Shown piece by piece: positions 34,594-47,167 of a stretch of 64,000 nucleotides of DNA. The DNA is from Amoebidium appalachense (lineage: Eukaryota > Protista > Ichthyosporea). A program made the position numbers and the translations under genes. The stretch covers positions 317,259 through 381,258 of the forward strand of contig CAVNZM010000013.1 of the NCBI GenBank assembly GCA_963693365.1, in the 5' to 3' direction. Numbering within the stretch: position 1 is the first letter of the stretch; each line of letters begins with the position of its first letter. The notes beneath the pieces were generated by a model. That model had not been told where the DNA came from, made no database searches, and saw nothing but the letters and a program-made list of their open reading frames with translations.

Positions 34594-35558
34594 CTTCCCT
34601 CAGCCTGGTGGTTTACCGTCTCCAGACCATACCACCAGGCTCCCGAGAAGGGGGGGAGTGTAAACATCTGTACACGCCGTACATGTTTACTATTACGAAT
34701 ATACTGTACATATCATAGTGATCACGTAGATATTGTGTACATATGATCAGATCAATATCACACGCGACAGCCGCGGGCTGCGGCTCACGACTGAGCCGCG
34801 GCGCCGGCAATATGCAGTGGCCGTGCAGTCAGTATGAACCAATAGAATTCGAGAACCGCTAGGATAGGAATGCAAGTCTCATCCACTACGGAGGCGACAT
34901 CTATAGCTAAACGAACGGAACCAATAAGGAAATCAGACCCAGTTGCATAAACCTAAACGGGCTTAAGTATTGACCAATCATTTGCCACAAAGTTATCCTT
35001 TTAGTTAGCTTCATGTTATTGGTGCACTGTGTGCACATAAAGACGACCGCACTCTTCTGACTGGTCAGAAGTCACGAAGGCATCAATGCCACCCATCCAG
35101 ATGATCCGGAACCTGGGGGCTATATAAACAAGCCGTCCCAGTACGGGGGATCACTCTGAACGAGCACATTAAATAGTAACCTGGCCGCGTGTGCCTTACT
35201 ACCCGTTCTCTGTCTTTATTCTGATTCAGTTGTTCTCTGCCTTATCCCAACTAGTTCAACTGTTTACAGTGTGGGCGGACACAGCGGTAGAAGAAGGGGG
35301 GGGGAGGGAGTGCTAGGTGAGTGTAAGGGGGGGAGGCTCGTGGGATGGGGGGGGGGGGAGTAAAATTATGTGCAGTGGCCAGAATAAACGTCTTTGTATA
35401 GGGACATTTATTCTTGACGCGCGCGGGCGCCGTAGTTGGCCTGCGAAATTTTGTACTCAGCCCTATTGGCCCGTTCTCCCGAGCTCCGTTTCCCTGTACT
35501 CGTGTGTCCTAGCTCCTAACCCCTATGTTCTAGCTGTGTGTGTGGGTGTGCGCGTAGA

Positions 35559-36734
35559 CTAGGCATTGTGCTTGCAGTCTTTGCGGGGGTGTGTGCCAGA
35601 GCAGAGCGGGCACACGTGGGAGAAGGGGCAGGGCTGCTTAGCGCAGGACCGACCGTTAATGTGGAAATTCCTGCAGTGCGTCGCGGGTAGATCCACGGGT
35701 CGGGCCGGTTTTGCCGGGCCGGGTTGCGGGCCAGGGCGGTTAGGGGTGTGACCCCCGCCGGGCTTGTGGGGCGGCTTAAAGCCGTCAAGACCACAGCCGG
35801 GCTTGGGGTACATGGGGCAGGCCGCGCTGGGGTGGTCGGGGAAGCCACAGCGCTGACATGCGTCCTGGATGAGCAGAGTGGGTGGCAGGAGGAGATCCTG
35901 GTGGAGTTGGGCGAGCAGGTTGGGGCACTCGATCGGAGCCCGACCCTGCTGGTGGGCCACGGTGCGGGCGTATACGTCATAGTTGTGGATCTGGGCCCAC
36001 GGGTATCGGGTGCTGAGGCGAGTGATGTGCTGAGTCCAAAGTACGTCTTTGTCCGTGGGAAGGCCGAGGTGGTGCTTGGCGGCCATGTAATGGGTCCAAG
36101 CTTGGATCCAAATGACGAGTGAACGCAGGGGAACGGGTTTGTCTTGGCGAAAAGTCTCGATGCTGCCGTCGTCGGCCATGCGCAGATGCTGACCTTTCTT
36201 GGATGGGGCCAGGAGGGCGGCGGGGGTGAACTTCTACAGGTCGACGAAACGATTGGCGCGCAAATCTGCCAGCACATCCGCGGGGGAAAGCGGGAGTGTG
36301 CCCGGCTGAATGTCGCCAGTGTTCTCACCTGTGATGGGGGGCGCGGGCAGGGCAGGCAGGTCAAGGTCAGGGCCGAGATGCAGCCCCGGGGAAACCTCCC
36401 CGGGTGTGGAGGGCGCGGCGGGGGGCACGGGAGGGTCGCGGTTCAACTTGGTGAGAGCAGCCAGGACGCCAGCCATCTGGGTGCTGATGGCGGCGAGGGC
36501 GGCCAGGACGGCGTCTTGAGAAGTCATCTGCGGGGACGGCGGGGCCTGAGGGGGGACTTCAGGAGTGGAGGGGAGAGTAGCCGGCGGGTCCGGGTCCGTG
36601 GTGGTATGGGCCGCTGGAGGCGCGTCAGTGTCCGCGGGAGCGTTGGTCAGCCTGTGGCGGAGGTCGCTGCGGGTCAGGCGCTTAGGTGCCGCGGCAGGGG
36701 CGGCGGCTGAGGCCTGGCGCTTTTTCGGCGGCAT
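35559..36734 (-). CDS. Ngaro gag-like ORF (one apparent frameshift near 36220)
   Basis: Starts MPPKKRQ; WIQAWTHY..WAQIHNYD core; CQRCGFPDHPSAAC and CRNFH..C..C..HVCPLCSGTHPRKDC zinc fingers typical of Ngaro ORF1. Confidence 0.85.
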
Positions 36735-39127
36735 GCTGACCGGCGTAGGGAAAGATAGGGAGAATGAAAAGGAATATATAGCTGTAAGGCTGTGGATGCT
36801 AAACACAGAAGATGTGTTTGTAGCTTGCTGATCTACTAAAAACTGTCGTGCTTATATACCTAAGCCTACCGATCTGAGCCAATCAAAAATCGATCTAGTG
36901 ATATGTGAAATCTGATCCGAGCCAATCATAACTCGGTCTAGTGATCTGTGGTATCTGATGTTTTGACTGGCTAATAGGTGCCCGTGTGCGGGCAGCCAAC
37001 CGCTAACTGCTAAAACACGAAATGAAGCCTACATGGTTATGTTGGTATCGAACACCCATCCTACGTGTTTACCCAGAAAAATATTTATGTCAATAATTTC
37101 CACAAATAAAACCCCTACAAGACTGCATGGTTGCGATTGGACGAGGCACGCGACATCGCCAGACGCCATTGGTGCAAAGGTACAGAGCCTCGGATTCTAT
37201 TGGCTCTAGCGCAACTGGCTTACGTAAGGGCAGCATCCCTCGGGGATTGCGAGCCGTGCGACGGAAACACAGTGCCCAGCCAATCAGATGAGACCATTGT
37301 AGAGGAGGGCAAACCAAAGAATGGGTATGTAGGTGGTGCCTTCTTGCCTCTCTATTTGAGTTAGATAGTCGAATTCCCCCCCTCCCTCCCCCCACCTTTT
37401 CTTTTCCTTTTGTTTTTTAGAGTACCTCTCCGCCTCTCCCCTTTTTTCTCTGCTAGGTCAAAGAACGTAAAGGCTGTTAGGGGTAAGGATGTTATTTATA
37501 CATGAGATGGTGTTTTATGTTACTCAAAAAACGGGGATGAGAGTGAAGAAGAGCGGGGGGGGGGGGGGGGGGGGGGTTAATTGACTATAAGGCATCATGT
37601 ACGAGAAGAAGCACCTAATTTCTTGTTTAGAAAACATGTCATGAGCATAACATTAACCTTATATGGTTAACTGAGAGGGTAAGCCATTGGATCACGAGGG
37701 CATGAAAGCAGTACGCCTCTCTGTGATTGGTGAAGGGAGAGAGGCTCTCCGTCAACTGAATGATGCACTCAACAATATCCCCTCTAGGCCTGCTGAGAAC
37801 GGCGGTGATAGGTCAAATATCATGCAGCAGCATCTAAGGGAGAGCTCCAAAACCTTCGACAAGATGCTCAGTGGTGATTTGCCCCCTCCCCCCCCCCCCC
37901 CCCCCCCCCCCCCATGCCCTACTCGTTGTGTCCCCCTCCTCCCCCGTTCCACCCTTTTCACTCTCCTCCAGATCCTACCCCCCACCCCCCACCTCCTCCA
38001 CTTCTGGTTCATCCGCCGGCCGCAGGAGGGCCAAGGAAATGTGCTCCGGTAGTGCTGTGGAATCTTACAAGATAGCCAACGAGAGGGAGGTGATGGGGGG
38101 GTTAAATTGGTGTTTTTTTTGTTAACAGTGGCAAGGGAACGGGGGGAGGGGGGGGGGGGGGGAGGGAGGGCCGGGGGGGGGATAGGGGGAGAGACAGGCA
38201 GACAAAAGGTCATCCTGGAGGGGGAATAAATTCGGCATTCTTATCCCCCCCCCCCCCCCCCTTCCCACCCACCGTTCCGATCCTTCCCCCCTCCATCCTA
38301 TTCTCTCCCCATATTCATTTGTTTTGTCTGTGTGTGTGTGTTTTTTTTTTTTTTTTGGAGGGGGGGGGGGGGGGGGGGGGGGGTGGAAGTGGGGTGGGAG
38401 TTCGGGGTGGAGGTGGAGGGGTTCTTCCCCATCGTCACGTGCCTCTGCATTCGTGGAACAAAAGACCAACATAATAATATTTTATTTATCAAAATAGCAA
38501 CATAATGTACGATGTGTGAGCAACATACTAGTTCAACGTTTTTATTCACCGTTTTGCACTTACCCCGGCACACACGAAAAAGAGAAAAAAAAAATAACCC
38601 ATATACATGCGCCCACACACATTACTTACGTTCCTTCCCTGCACAGACCTCGAGGATCGCGTCAACCGTCCGGAGGTGTTCCGCCAGCCAATCACAGCCA
38701 AGGAAAAGGCCGAAATCTTCCGGGCCATGGGTCATTTCAGGCCGGGCTACATCCGGCAGGGTCACTGGTACACGTACCCAAACAACCACGTGTATGTGAT
38801 TGGTGACTGTGGGGGAGCCAATCAGACGTCCAGATGTCCGCAATGTGGGGTTGTGATTGGTGGAGAGCACCATAGGCTGGAATCGACCAATCGGCCGGCG
38901 GCAGAGTTTGTGGCGGAGGCGACATCTGGCCAATGAAACACTTCGTTTGATAGCCAAATATGGACAATGTCATGGGAGCGTTGAGAAAGAGAAAGAGAAC
39001 CTACTAAAGTTGTGCAAATACTGTGTGTATATATTTTCCAACAAACCACTGCAGGGGAAGGAATTAAGGGAGGGGGAGTCTGGGTAGCGATCACAGCATA
39101 TGAAGAATACCAAGGTACGGATTTATG

Positions 39128-39327
39128 TTTTTTTATTTATTTTATCCCGTTTTGTTCCCGGGAGTGCCCTTAGGGGCCCTCAGGGGGAACTACCGTCTTC
39201 CGCCCAGCACCGACAGTACTCTAGCTAGGGTGCTACGATGCTGTTAGCTAAACTAACACACCCATAACAATCCTAACTACATGTACACACTTTGCCCAGG
39301 GTGTCCACCCCAGCCACACCGGTGGGT
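39128..39327 (-). mobile_element. 200-bp retroposed insert (SINE or 5'-truncated LINE end)
   Basis: 16-bp TSD AAGGTACGGATTTATG at 39112-39127 and 39328-39343; A-rich tail ATAAAATAAATAAAAAAA on the minus strand. Confidence 0.8.
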
Positions 39328-39562
39328 AAGGTACGGATTTATGGATCGCAGTGTTCTTGGTGATACGTATATGGTTAAGTATGGTGGCTTAGCGAGCGGT
39401 GGTGTGGAGGAAGCAGGCACGTGTCTGAAATATTGGTAGTGATGGTATCTTGTCGGACTGGACTTGTGTTTGTGGAGAGTATGTGTGTGTAGGGTGGTTG
39501 GAGTGGGATGCAAGACTACTATGAACGAATATACTCTGTCTGGCGGCACCACCTTGCCCTCC

Positions 39563-39612
<50 letters not shown>

Positions 39613-39933
39613 ACCACCACCACCAATCTCCCCAGAGTCCCCGGGCCCTCCCCATACTTTCAGTTATTTAGGCACAATCACACGCATCTACCCTGCAGCG
39701 CATATTTAGACGTGAAAGTTTTGTGTATTATCATGGTATTTCCATCGGATTCCAAGGCTACAAAAATACTGGCATATCTAAGCCATCAGCACTGGAAGGG
39801 AGGCCACGAGGAGGAGGACAAGGGAATAGACTCTGGTATTTCCAACGGTCTGTTAATTTATGAGTCACTAATTTCTTTTTCCTTTTTTGTGGTGGTAGCG
39901 GTGTCACTGGTCACGGTGGTGTGGTGTGTGTGT

Positions 39934-39996
<63 letters not shown>

Positions 39997-40008
39997 GGGG
40001 GGGGGGGG

Positions 40009-40078
<70 letters not shown>

Positions 40079-40712
40079 GGGGGGGGGGGGAAGGGGGGGG
40101 GGGGGGGGGGGGGGGGGGAACGGGACGACATTTTCTTCAACCGTTAACAAACTGTGGTGGGACCGTAAGGTTTGCACAGCGCTATGCACAGCTCTTCCCC
40201 CCCCCTCCCCCCGCCAAATAAACGCACACGCACGCACTCGAAGTCGGCCCCCCAGCCCGCCGTACGTCGCACCCCACCTACACTATTTTCTAGCTTCAAT
40301 TGCATGTTTTTAAAGGCGCCAATGCAGCTATTAGCTGGTATTTATATGAACATGTGCGTGTGCATGTGGGTTTGTGTGTGGGCATGCGGAAGTGTCAAGG
40401 ATCTGTGCACATCTATTCAAATTCAGCTGATTTCAGCATCATGATTCACTGTTTCTATTGGTGTCTAGATTAACCAATAAATGGTTCGCAAGTATAGAAC
40501 ATGCCGCACCAGCGGCACCACCCCTTAAGCAAGTTCCGATGACGCACTATGACGCACTGCACAAGAAAAAACCATAAACAAAGCCTTCGGAACGTCTGGA
40601 GAGTGGAGACCAACGTCAGCCTACATTACGCGTTAACTAACCCTTCGCGTTCGTCCTGATTTTCATTTGTTAGCTTTAATTTTCAGCCACCTCACGTCCT
40701 GAAACTTTCAGC

Positions 40713-41389
40713 ATGGGTTTGTTTGGTAAGTACCCTTTCGAGAAACATCTTTGATAAACCACTTGGATTCGTTGTGTATTCCTTAATTCGTGTCCGTGGT
40801 ATAGCGTGGACTCGTTTGAATTTGCGCTTTTTCTGCGCGTGTTCTCTGTGCGGCCTCGTCTGTTGCACGTATAGCTAGGCCTGAGCGTGTTTCTGTGGCT
40901 GGTTTTGTACCCAATATTCTCCCTTTGCGTATACACTGGACAGGTGTCAGTGGCAGGGGTGAGTTTCAATCTAGCATGTGTGCTGGTGTACTGTGTGTGT
41001 GCGTGCGTGTGTGTGTGATTAAACGGTTTATGCTCAGTGTGTGCAAGTAAGGAAAGAAGTTTTTCTTTCATGTTTGCTGGGAGTGTGTCCGTGCTCCCCT
41101 CATATCCCCCCCCCCCCCCTCTCCCTCCTTCCCTTAAGAATTCCCCCCCTCCCTTCTTCCCCGCCCTGCTCTTTCTTTTAGCCTCTTTGCGTCACTTCAC
41201 TGACATATGCACGTAAACGTTTGTTGATGTTATGTGTGTTGCATCGTTTTCTCTGGAAAATGCTCTTGGTCTACTCTTTGGCACCCCGACTTTACTTGCC
41301 CCACCCATGGCTTTAGCTCTTCATCGTCCTCCCATTCATCTTACGACCCTCTCTGTATAGGATGGGTTGAGAGTCTGTGGTGGTTATGG

Positions 41390-41423
<34 letters not shown>

Positions 41424-41662
41424 ATCGTTGGGTTTGGGGGGGGGGGGGGGCGATCGGAGGGTGAGATACGGTTAGTGGGATCTACGAAAGTGCAAACCAG
41501 GTCAAACCAAATAAAACTGTCGTGGGCGTATGATATTGTATCAGGAGTATGTTGTGCGGTACTTAGCTGATTAAATGAAGCCAAAAATCGATAGTGCCCC
41601 TCCCCCCCCCCCCCCCCCCCCCCCAGCCCCCCCACTTCCCATCGGCTTCCCCCGTACTACCA

Positions 41663-41704
<42 letters not shown>

Positions 41705-41972
41705 ACACACATTCAATAACAGAAAACCCTTTTTCTGCATAACACTGCACTTTGGATCGGGATGGAGACGGCACGGACGGAAGGAGGGAGAGAGTGAAGG
41801 GAGGGTGGGAATTAGTTGGCCTTTTGATAGAGTTCAGTTTAATCCATGGTATTGCCAACTACCAACTTAAGGAAGGCCTTGGGCGGGGGTAGGGCTGGGA
41901 GAGGCAGGGAGAGCGAGGGGGCGGGGGGGGGGAGGGGGGAGGGGGGGCGGAGAGGGATTAAAGAGCGTCATC

Positions 41973-42008
<36 letters not shown>

Positions 42009-42498
42009 ACACACACAAACATCTACACAAGTAAAAAGAAAACCGCTACGGAGAATCTATTGGCTCTTATTTGACCTGAAAAGAAAAATCCACGCTGGTC
42101 CGTTTGTCTACCTCTAACATTAAAGAGACACCCCCACAGACACAATCGGGTACTTTACGGGCCGGGTCGGGCCCAGCGGGTACGGCAGCTGTAGCACAGC
42201 CAACGAGATAGCCCTTAAGAATGCAGATAGCATTAAGGGGAAGGTGGCTGTGGTCACCGGGGCAAACTCCGGAATAGGCAAAGAGGTATGTGCCGAGACT
42301 TACCTCCTTCCCCCCCCCCCCCCCCCCCGGCCCCTCTGCCTCCGCCCCCTCCCCCCGGCCAGCCCTTTAGTTATTTTGAGGTGTGCAGGCACTTAGATTC
42401 CAACCCCCCCCCCCCCCCCCCCCCCTCCATTAATCCAGCATATTTCTGCTTTTATGTTTGGGTTCCTCATCATTTTCTATGCATTTACCCCACCCGCC

Positions 42499-42532
<34 letters not shown>

Positions 42533-42724
42533 GAACTTGAGGGCGGAGCGAGGGGATGGGGGGGAGGGGGGGAAAGGTGGATGGAGCAGAGAGGGAACGA
42601 GGGCTTTGGGGGGGGGGGGGGGGGGAAGGGGGAGGGGGGAGGTAGAGGATTTGGGTGGTGGGTTACGGGGGGAAGCGGAAGGGTAGGTGTAGGGGGGAAG
42701 GGGGGCGGGGGGAGAGAGGGGCAG

Positions 42725-42777
<53 letters not shown>

Positions 42778-43868
42778 GAGTTGGGGGGGAAGGGGGGGGG
42801 GGGGGGGGGGTATTAGCGGCAGTGTGTGTGTGTGTGTGTGTGTGCGTGTATGTGTGGGTGGGTGGATGGGGAGAGGGAGCGGGGGGGATTTTCTAACATG
42901 TGCTGTAAAACAGACGACCCTTGCGCTGTGCAAGGCGGGTGTGCACGTGGTGATGGCATGCCGGTCGGCAGAAAAGGCCCGGGCAGTGGAGGAGGAAATA
43001 AAGAAGGAAGTTGTATGTACCTATGAGCCCCCCCCCTCCCCCCCCCCCCCCCCCCTCCCCCCCCCCCCTCGCCAGCCCTAGGTCCCCCCATATTCCCTTC
43101 TCATTCTCGCTTTCTTTCACACACTACACACAACCAAAGTTTCGGCGTTTTAGATCCGTCCCGCTGACCTCCCCCCCCCCCCCCCCCCCCCCGGCCCCCC
43201 CTCTCTCCACCCACCCTCCCCTCCCTATGCAACCTTTTGCCTCCTGGAGTTTTGTCGATCCAGTTTTCTTACACTCCTGTCACACACCCCTCCCCCCATC
43301 CCCCTCACAACTTTTCCATTACCACTGCCACTCCCCCCCCCCCCCCCCCCCCTCCCTTCCCCCCCTCCTCCCCTCGCAGGGTTACCCCCACTCACCCCCT
43401 CCCCCCCCCTGCTCCCCCCCTTTCCCTCGGGCTTACTGTGAGAGCGAAATGAACTCTGGTCATAAGTTTACCCTTTTTTTCATACTCATACGAAGTGTCC
43501 CCCTAAACCCCCTTCCCCCCACCCCCCTCCCCCTCCGCCAACCCCCCCCCCCCCCCCCACCCCCCGGGGGTCCCGTTCCCTTTCCCCTTTTCTTACTCAC
43601 GGGTTTACATGTTAGCTCATGATGTATTGACACGGGGTCGTTGGTGAGTATAATGACACTGCACGGTGCACGGCACTCTAACCTTCACCCCCCCACCCTT
43701 CTTCCCCCCCCTCCCACCCACCCACCCACCCACACACACATCATTCATTACACACAGAACACATATACATTACACGCGCACGCAAGCACGCACACACAAG
43801 AACAAACACACTCACCGGCCACCCCATCCATGCGCATGCGCGCGCACACACACATGCACGCACACGCG

Positions 43869-43941
<73 letters not shown>

Positions 43942-44608
43942 CCGGATGCGCAGATCACGCTGATGGATCTGGACTTGCAATCCCTCGAGTCTGTGCGCAA
44001 ATTTGCATCTGATTTTGCGCAAAAGGGCCTCCCCCTCCACATGCTCATCTGCAACGCCGGCATCATGGCTCACCCCTGGGCTCTGACCAAAGATAATATT
44101 GTAGCAACCCCTTCTCCCCCCCCCCCCCCCCCTTCCCCTCCCTCCTCCCCCCTCCCCCTCCCCTTCCGCCGCTCCCACCCCCTCCCCTTCCTCGTCGCCC
44201 CTTTCTCCCCCCCTCCCCGCCTCTTTCTCTCCTCCCTGCGGCGGCCTGCCCATGCATACTGTTAGCATGTGCTCTGCAAAGTCTGTATTGTTTGTAGGTC
44301 CCGAATGTGTGCTTCGGACTCTGTAACACACTCCCCCCCCCCCCCCCCCCCCCCTCCCCCCTGCGTGCCCCCCCCCAAAAAGAAATGCAAGGAAGAGAGA
44401 AAAAGAAAAAGAAAGAAAGAAAGAAAGAAAGAATTAAATAAAAAAAAACGGGGAAAGAAAGTGGAGAGTAAGGGAGATGCCGGGAAGAAATAGGAAAATA
44501 CACTTACTCTCTGTTCTTCTCTCGTGTCTTTCCCCCATAGCATTGCAACTGCACATAATTCGTACCCTCTTTCATTGCACTCCAATTGTGACACCCCCCC
44601 TCCCCCCC

Positions 44609-44648
<40 letters not shown>

Positions 44649-44936
44649 ACCCACACACACACAAAAAAAAAAAAGAAAGACGGAAAGACAGAAAGAAAGA
44701 AAATGCTCGTGCGCCTCTTTCTCTTCTCCCTGTGTACTCACGACTTGCGGTTCTTTCCAGAAACACACACCACACACACACACACACTTTCTCTCTCGTT
44801 CTCCCCTTCGCTTCCTCCATCCCTCCCTCCCTCCCTCCCACCCACCCAACCTCCTTCCCTCTCCTTCCATCCCTCCCTTCATCCCTCCGTTCCTCTCCCT
44901 CTCCCTCTCCCTCTCTCCCTCTCTCTCTTCCACACA

Positions 44937-45011
<75 letters not shown>

Positions 45012-45249
45012 CACACACATCCCTTTTACCCATCACAGGAGCTACAGCTTGGCACCAACTTTGTCAGCCATTTCCTATTGGTCAATGAGATGCTTCCTCA
45101 TCTGAAGGAGGTGTTCAATAAATCCTCCCCCCCCCCCCCTTCCCGAAAAAAAAAAAAAGAAAGGAAGGAAAAGAAAAGAAAAGAGAAAAAAGAAGCAAAT
45201 GAATCAAGAAAAAAAAAAAAGAAAAAAAAAACCACAACCATTCTCCCCC

Positions 45250-45280
<31 letters not shown>

Positions 45281-47135
45281 AAAAAAAAAAAAAAAAGCCC
45301 CAATGATGTCTCCACTTCCAACCCTTTTATTAATTCATAATCCCTACCCCCCCCCCCCCCCCCCCTCCCACCCCTCCCCTCCAATCCCCACCAAAATCAT
45401 CGAGCCCCCCCCCCCCCCCCCCCCCCCGCCCCCCGCCCCACGGCCCAGTGATGCCTGAAAATGAATTCCAGCAAATGGTATCATTGATTGCATGAGCCCC
45501 CCTCCCTCCTTTGTAAATTCTCCCTGCTTCCCGTTTTTCCAACTCCATCACTTTCTACTTTCCAAGAAGGGCTTATGGCCCGGAATAATCAGTATTTTTT
45601 TTTTTTTGCCCAACTGGATTTTATTTTTTTTTTGGGGGGGGGGGGGGGGGGAGAGGGGGGGGGGGGGGGGGATCCATATAATTCTATGTCGGGAGCCCTC
45701 CTGTGGTATTAGGAGCCATCATATCAATTAACCAACGGCAGCTGGTGCACGCGCACACTCTAATTCCGGTAACTGGCTGTCGGTTCGGGATAATCTGTAT
45801 ATCTTATTTATAATGTTGTAAAATACTATTCTAATGCAAGCATTAATGTGAAAATGTATTTTTTTTGCAGTCCCAGCCATCGCGTGTTGTGATTCTCTCT
45901 TCCCGTGCACATGAGAGGGCCTATAAGGAGGGCATCCGTTTTGACGACCCCGAGGGAAAACAAGATTTCACGGCTTGGGGGGCTTATGGTCAGAGCAAGC
46001 TCGCAAATCTCATGCATGCAGTGGTACGAACCCCCCCCCCCCCCCCCCCTTGCCCTCCCTCCCCTTGCTTTTCTTTTCTCGTGCCTCATCATCTACTAGA
46101 ATTCCTCTAACCCTTGCTCTTCCCCTCTCTCTCCCCTTCCCCCCCCCCCCCCCCCCTCTCTCCCTCCCACCCCTTGCTCTCCTAATCTAATCATCCCCTC
46201 CTCCTCCCCCCAACACACACACACACACACACTCACACTCACACTCACACTCACACTCACACTCACACTCACACTCACACTCACACTCACACTCACACTC
46301 ACACTCACACTCACACTCACACTCACACTCAAACACACACACATGCACGCTCAGACACAGAGGCACACACACATGCACGCTCAGACACAGAGGCACACAC
46401 ACATGCATGCTCAGACACAGAGGCACACAAATTCACACAGGCATAAACACTGAACATGCACACATGCACGCACATAAACATACACACAGACCACACACCT
46501 CCTCCCCTGGCCCCATCCACGTCATCACAACATATTCTGTTTCCTTAGCACACATTCTTACCACCACCCCTCCCCCCGGCCCCCGTCCCTCCCCCCCCCC
46601 CCCCCAAGTTCCCAGCTGTGGGAAATTGCTTTCTTAATAATGTATAACACATCCCCCCCCCACCCCCACACCCCCACCCATACACACACCCACACACACC
46701 CACTCACATATGGTGCAAACTCTTTGCGTGTGCATAAGGTTTATCATTGTAAATTTGTACTTAATACTCTGCAAGTTCTCTAACCACCCCCTTCCCCCCC
46801 CCCCCCCCCCCCCCTGTCCCCCCCCCCTCCCCCCTCCCCCCTCTTTAGGAGTTGAACAAGAGGTTCCAGGAGAAGGGATACAAGATCACAGCAAATGCCG
46901 TTCACCCTGGAGTCATCCCCACAAACCTGGCAGACCACTTTGTGTATGGGAACCACCCCTGCTCCTCTCCACCCCCCCCCCCCCCTTCTCCCCAGCCCCT
47001 TCCTCCCACGGCCTCTCTTCCTTTCCTAACAGCTTAGAAGCACGTTAGCATGCACAAGTGTTTAAACACATACACAGGCACGCACAAACGGCACACACAT
47101 ACACGCACATGCACAAGAACACGAACAAGCACACG

Positions 47136-47167
<32 letters not shown>

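Larger units (their letters stand above)
27017..35268 (+). mobile_element. Chromodomain-bearing Ty3/gypsy LTR retrotransposon, near intact, nested in Ngaro
   Basis: LTRs 27017-27631 and 34659-35268 (only a 5-bp indel seen), PBS TGGCGACCG at 27633, [17 protein letters not shown] 34645-34658, domain order PR-RT-RH-INT-chromo. Confidence 0.96.
23382..37113 (-). mobile_element. Ngaro-type (DIRS order) tyrosine-recombinase retrotransposon with split direct repeats
   Basis: A1 36765-37113, ORFs gag, RT-RH and YR, then B1 23950-24038, A2 23601-23949, B2 23382-23470 (A1-ORFs-B1-A2-B2 layout); no methyltransferase domain seen; no TSD. Confidence 0.92.
23243..38936 (+). pseudogene. Host gene with C-terminal RZ-type zinc finger (ZNFX1/RNF213-like), interrupted by Ngaro
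   Basis: Frame-consistent exons: about 23243-23381 joined to 37114-37324, then 37457-37482, 37676-37873, 38647-38936. Last exon GHWYTYPNNHVYVIGDCGGANQTSRCPQCGVVIGGEHHRL matches the RZ finger consensus. The 5' end is unresolved. Confidence 0.75.
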
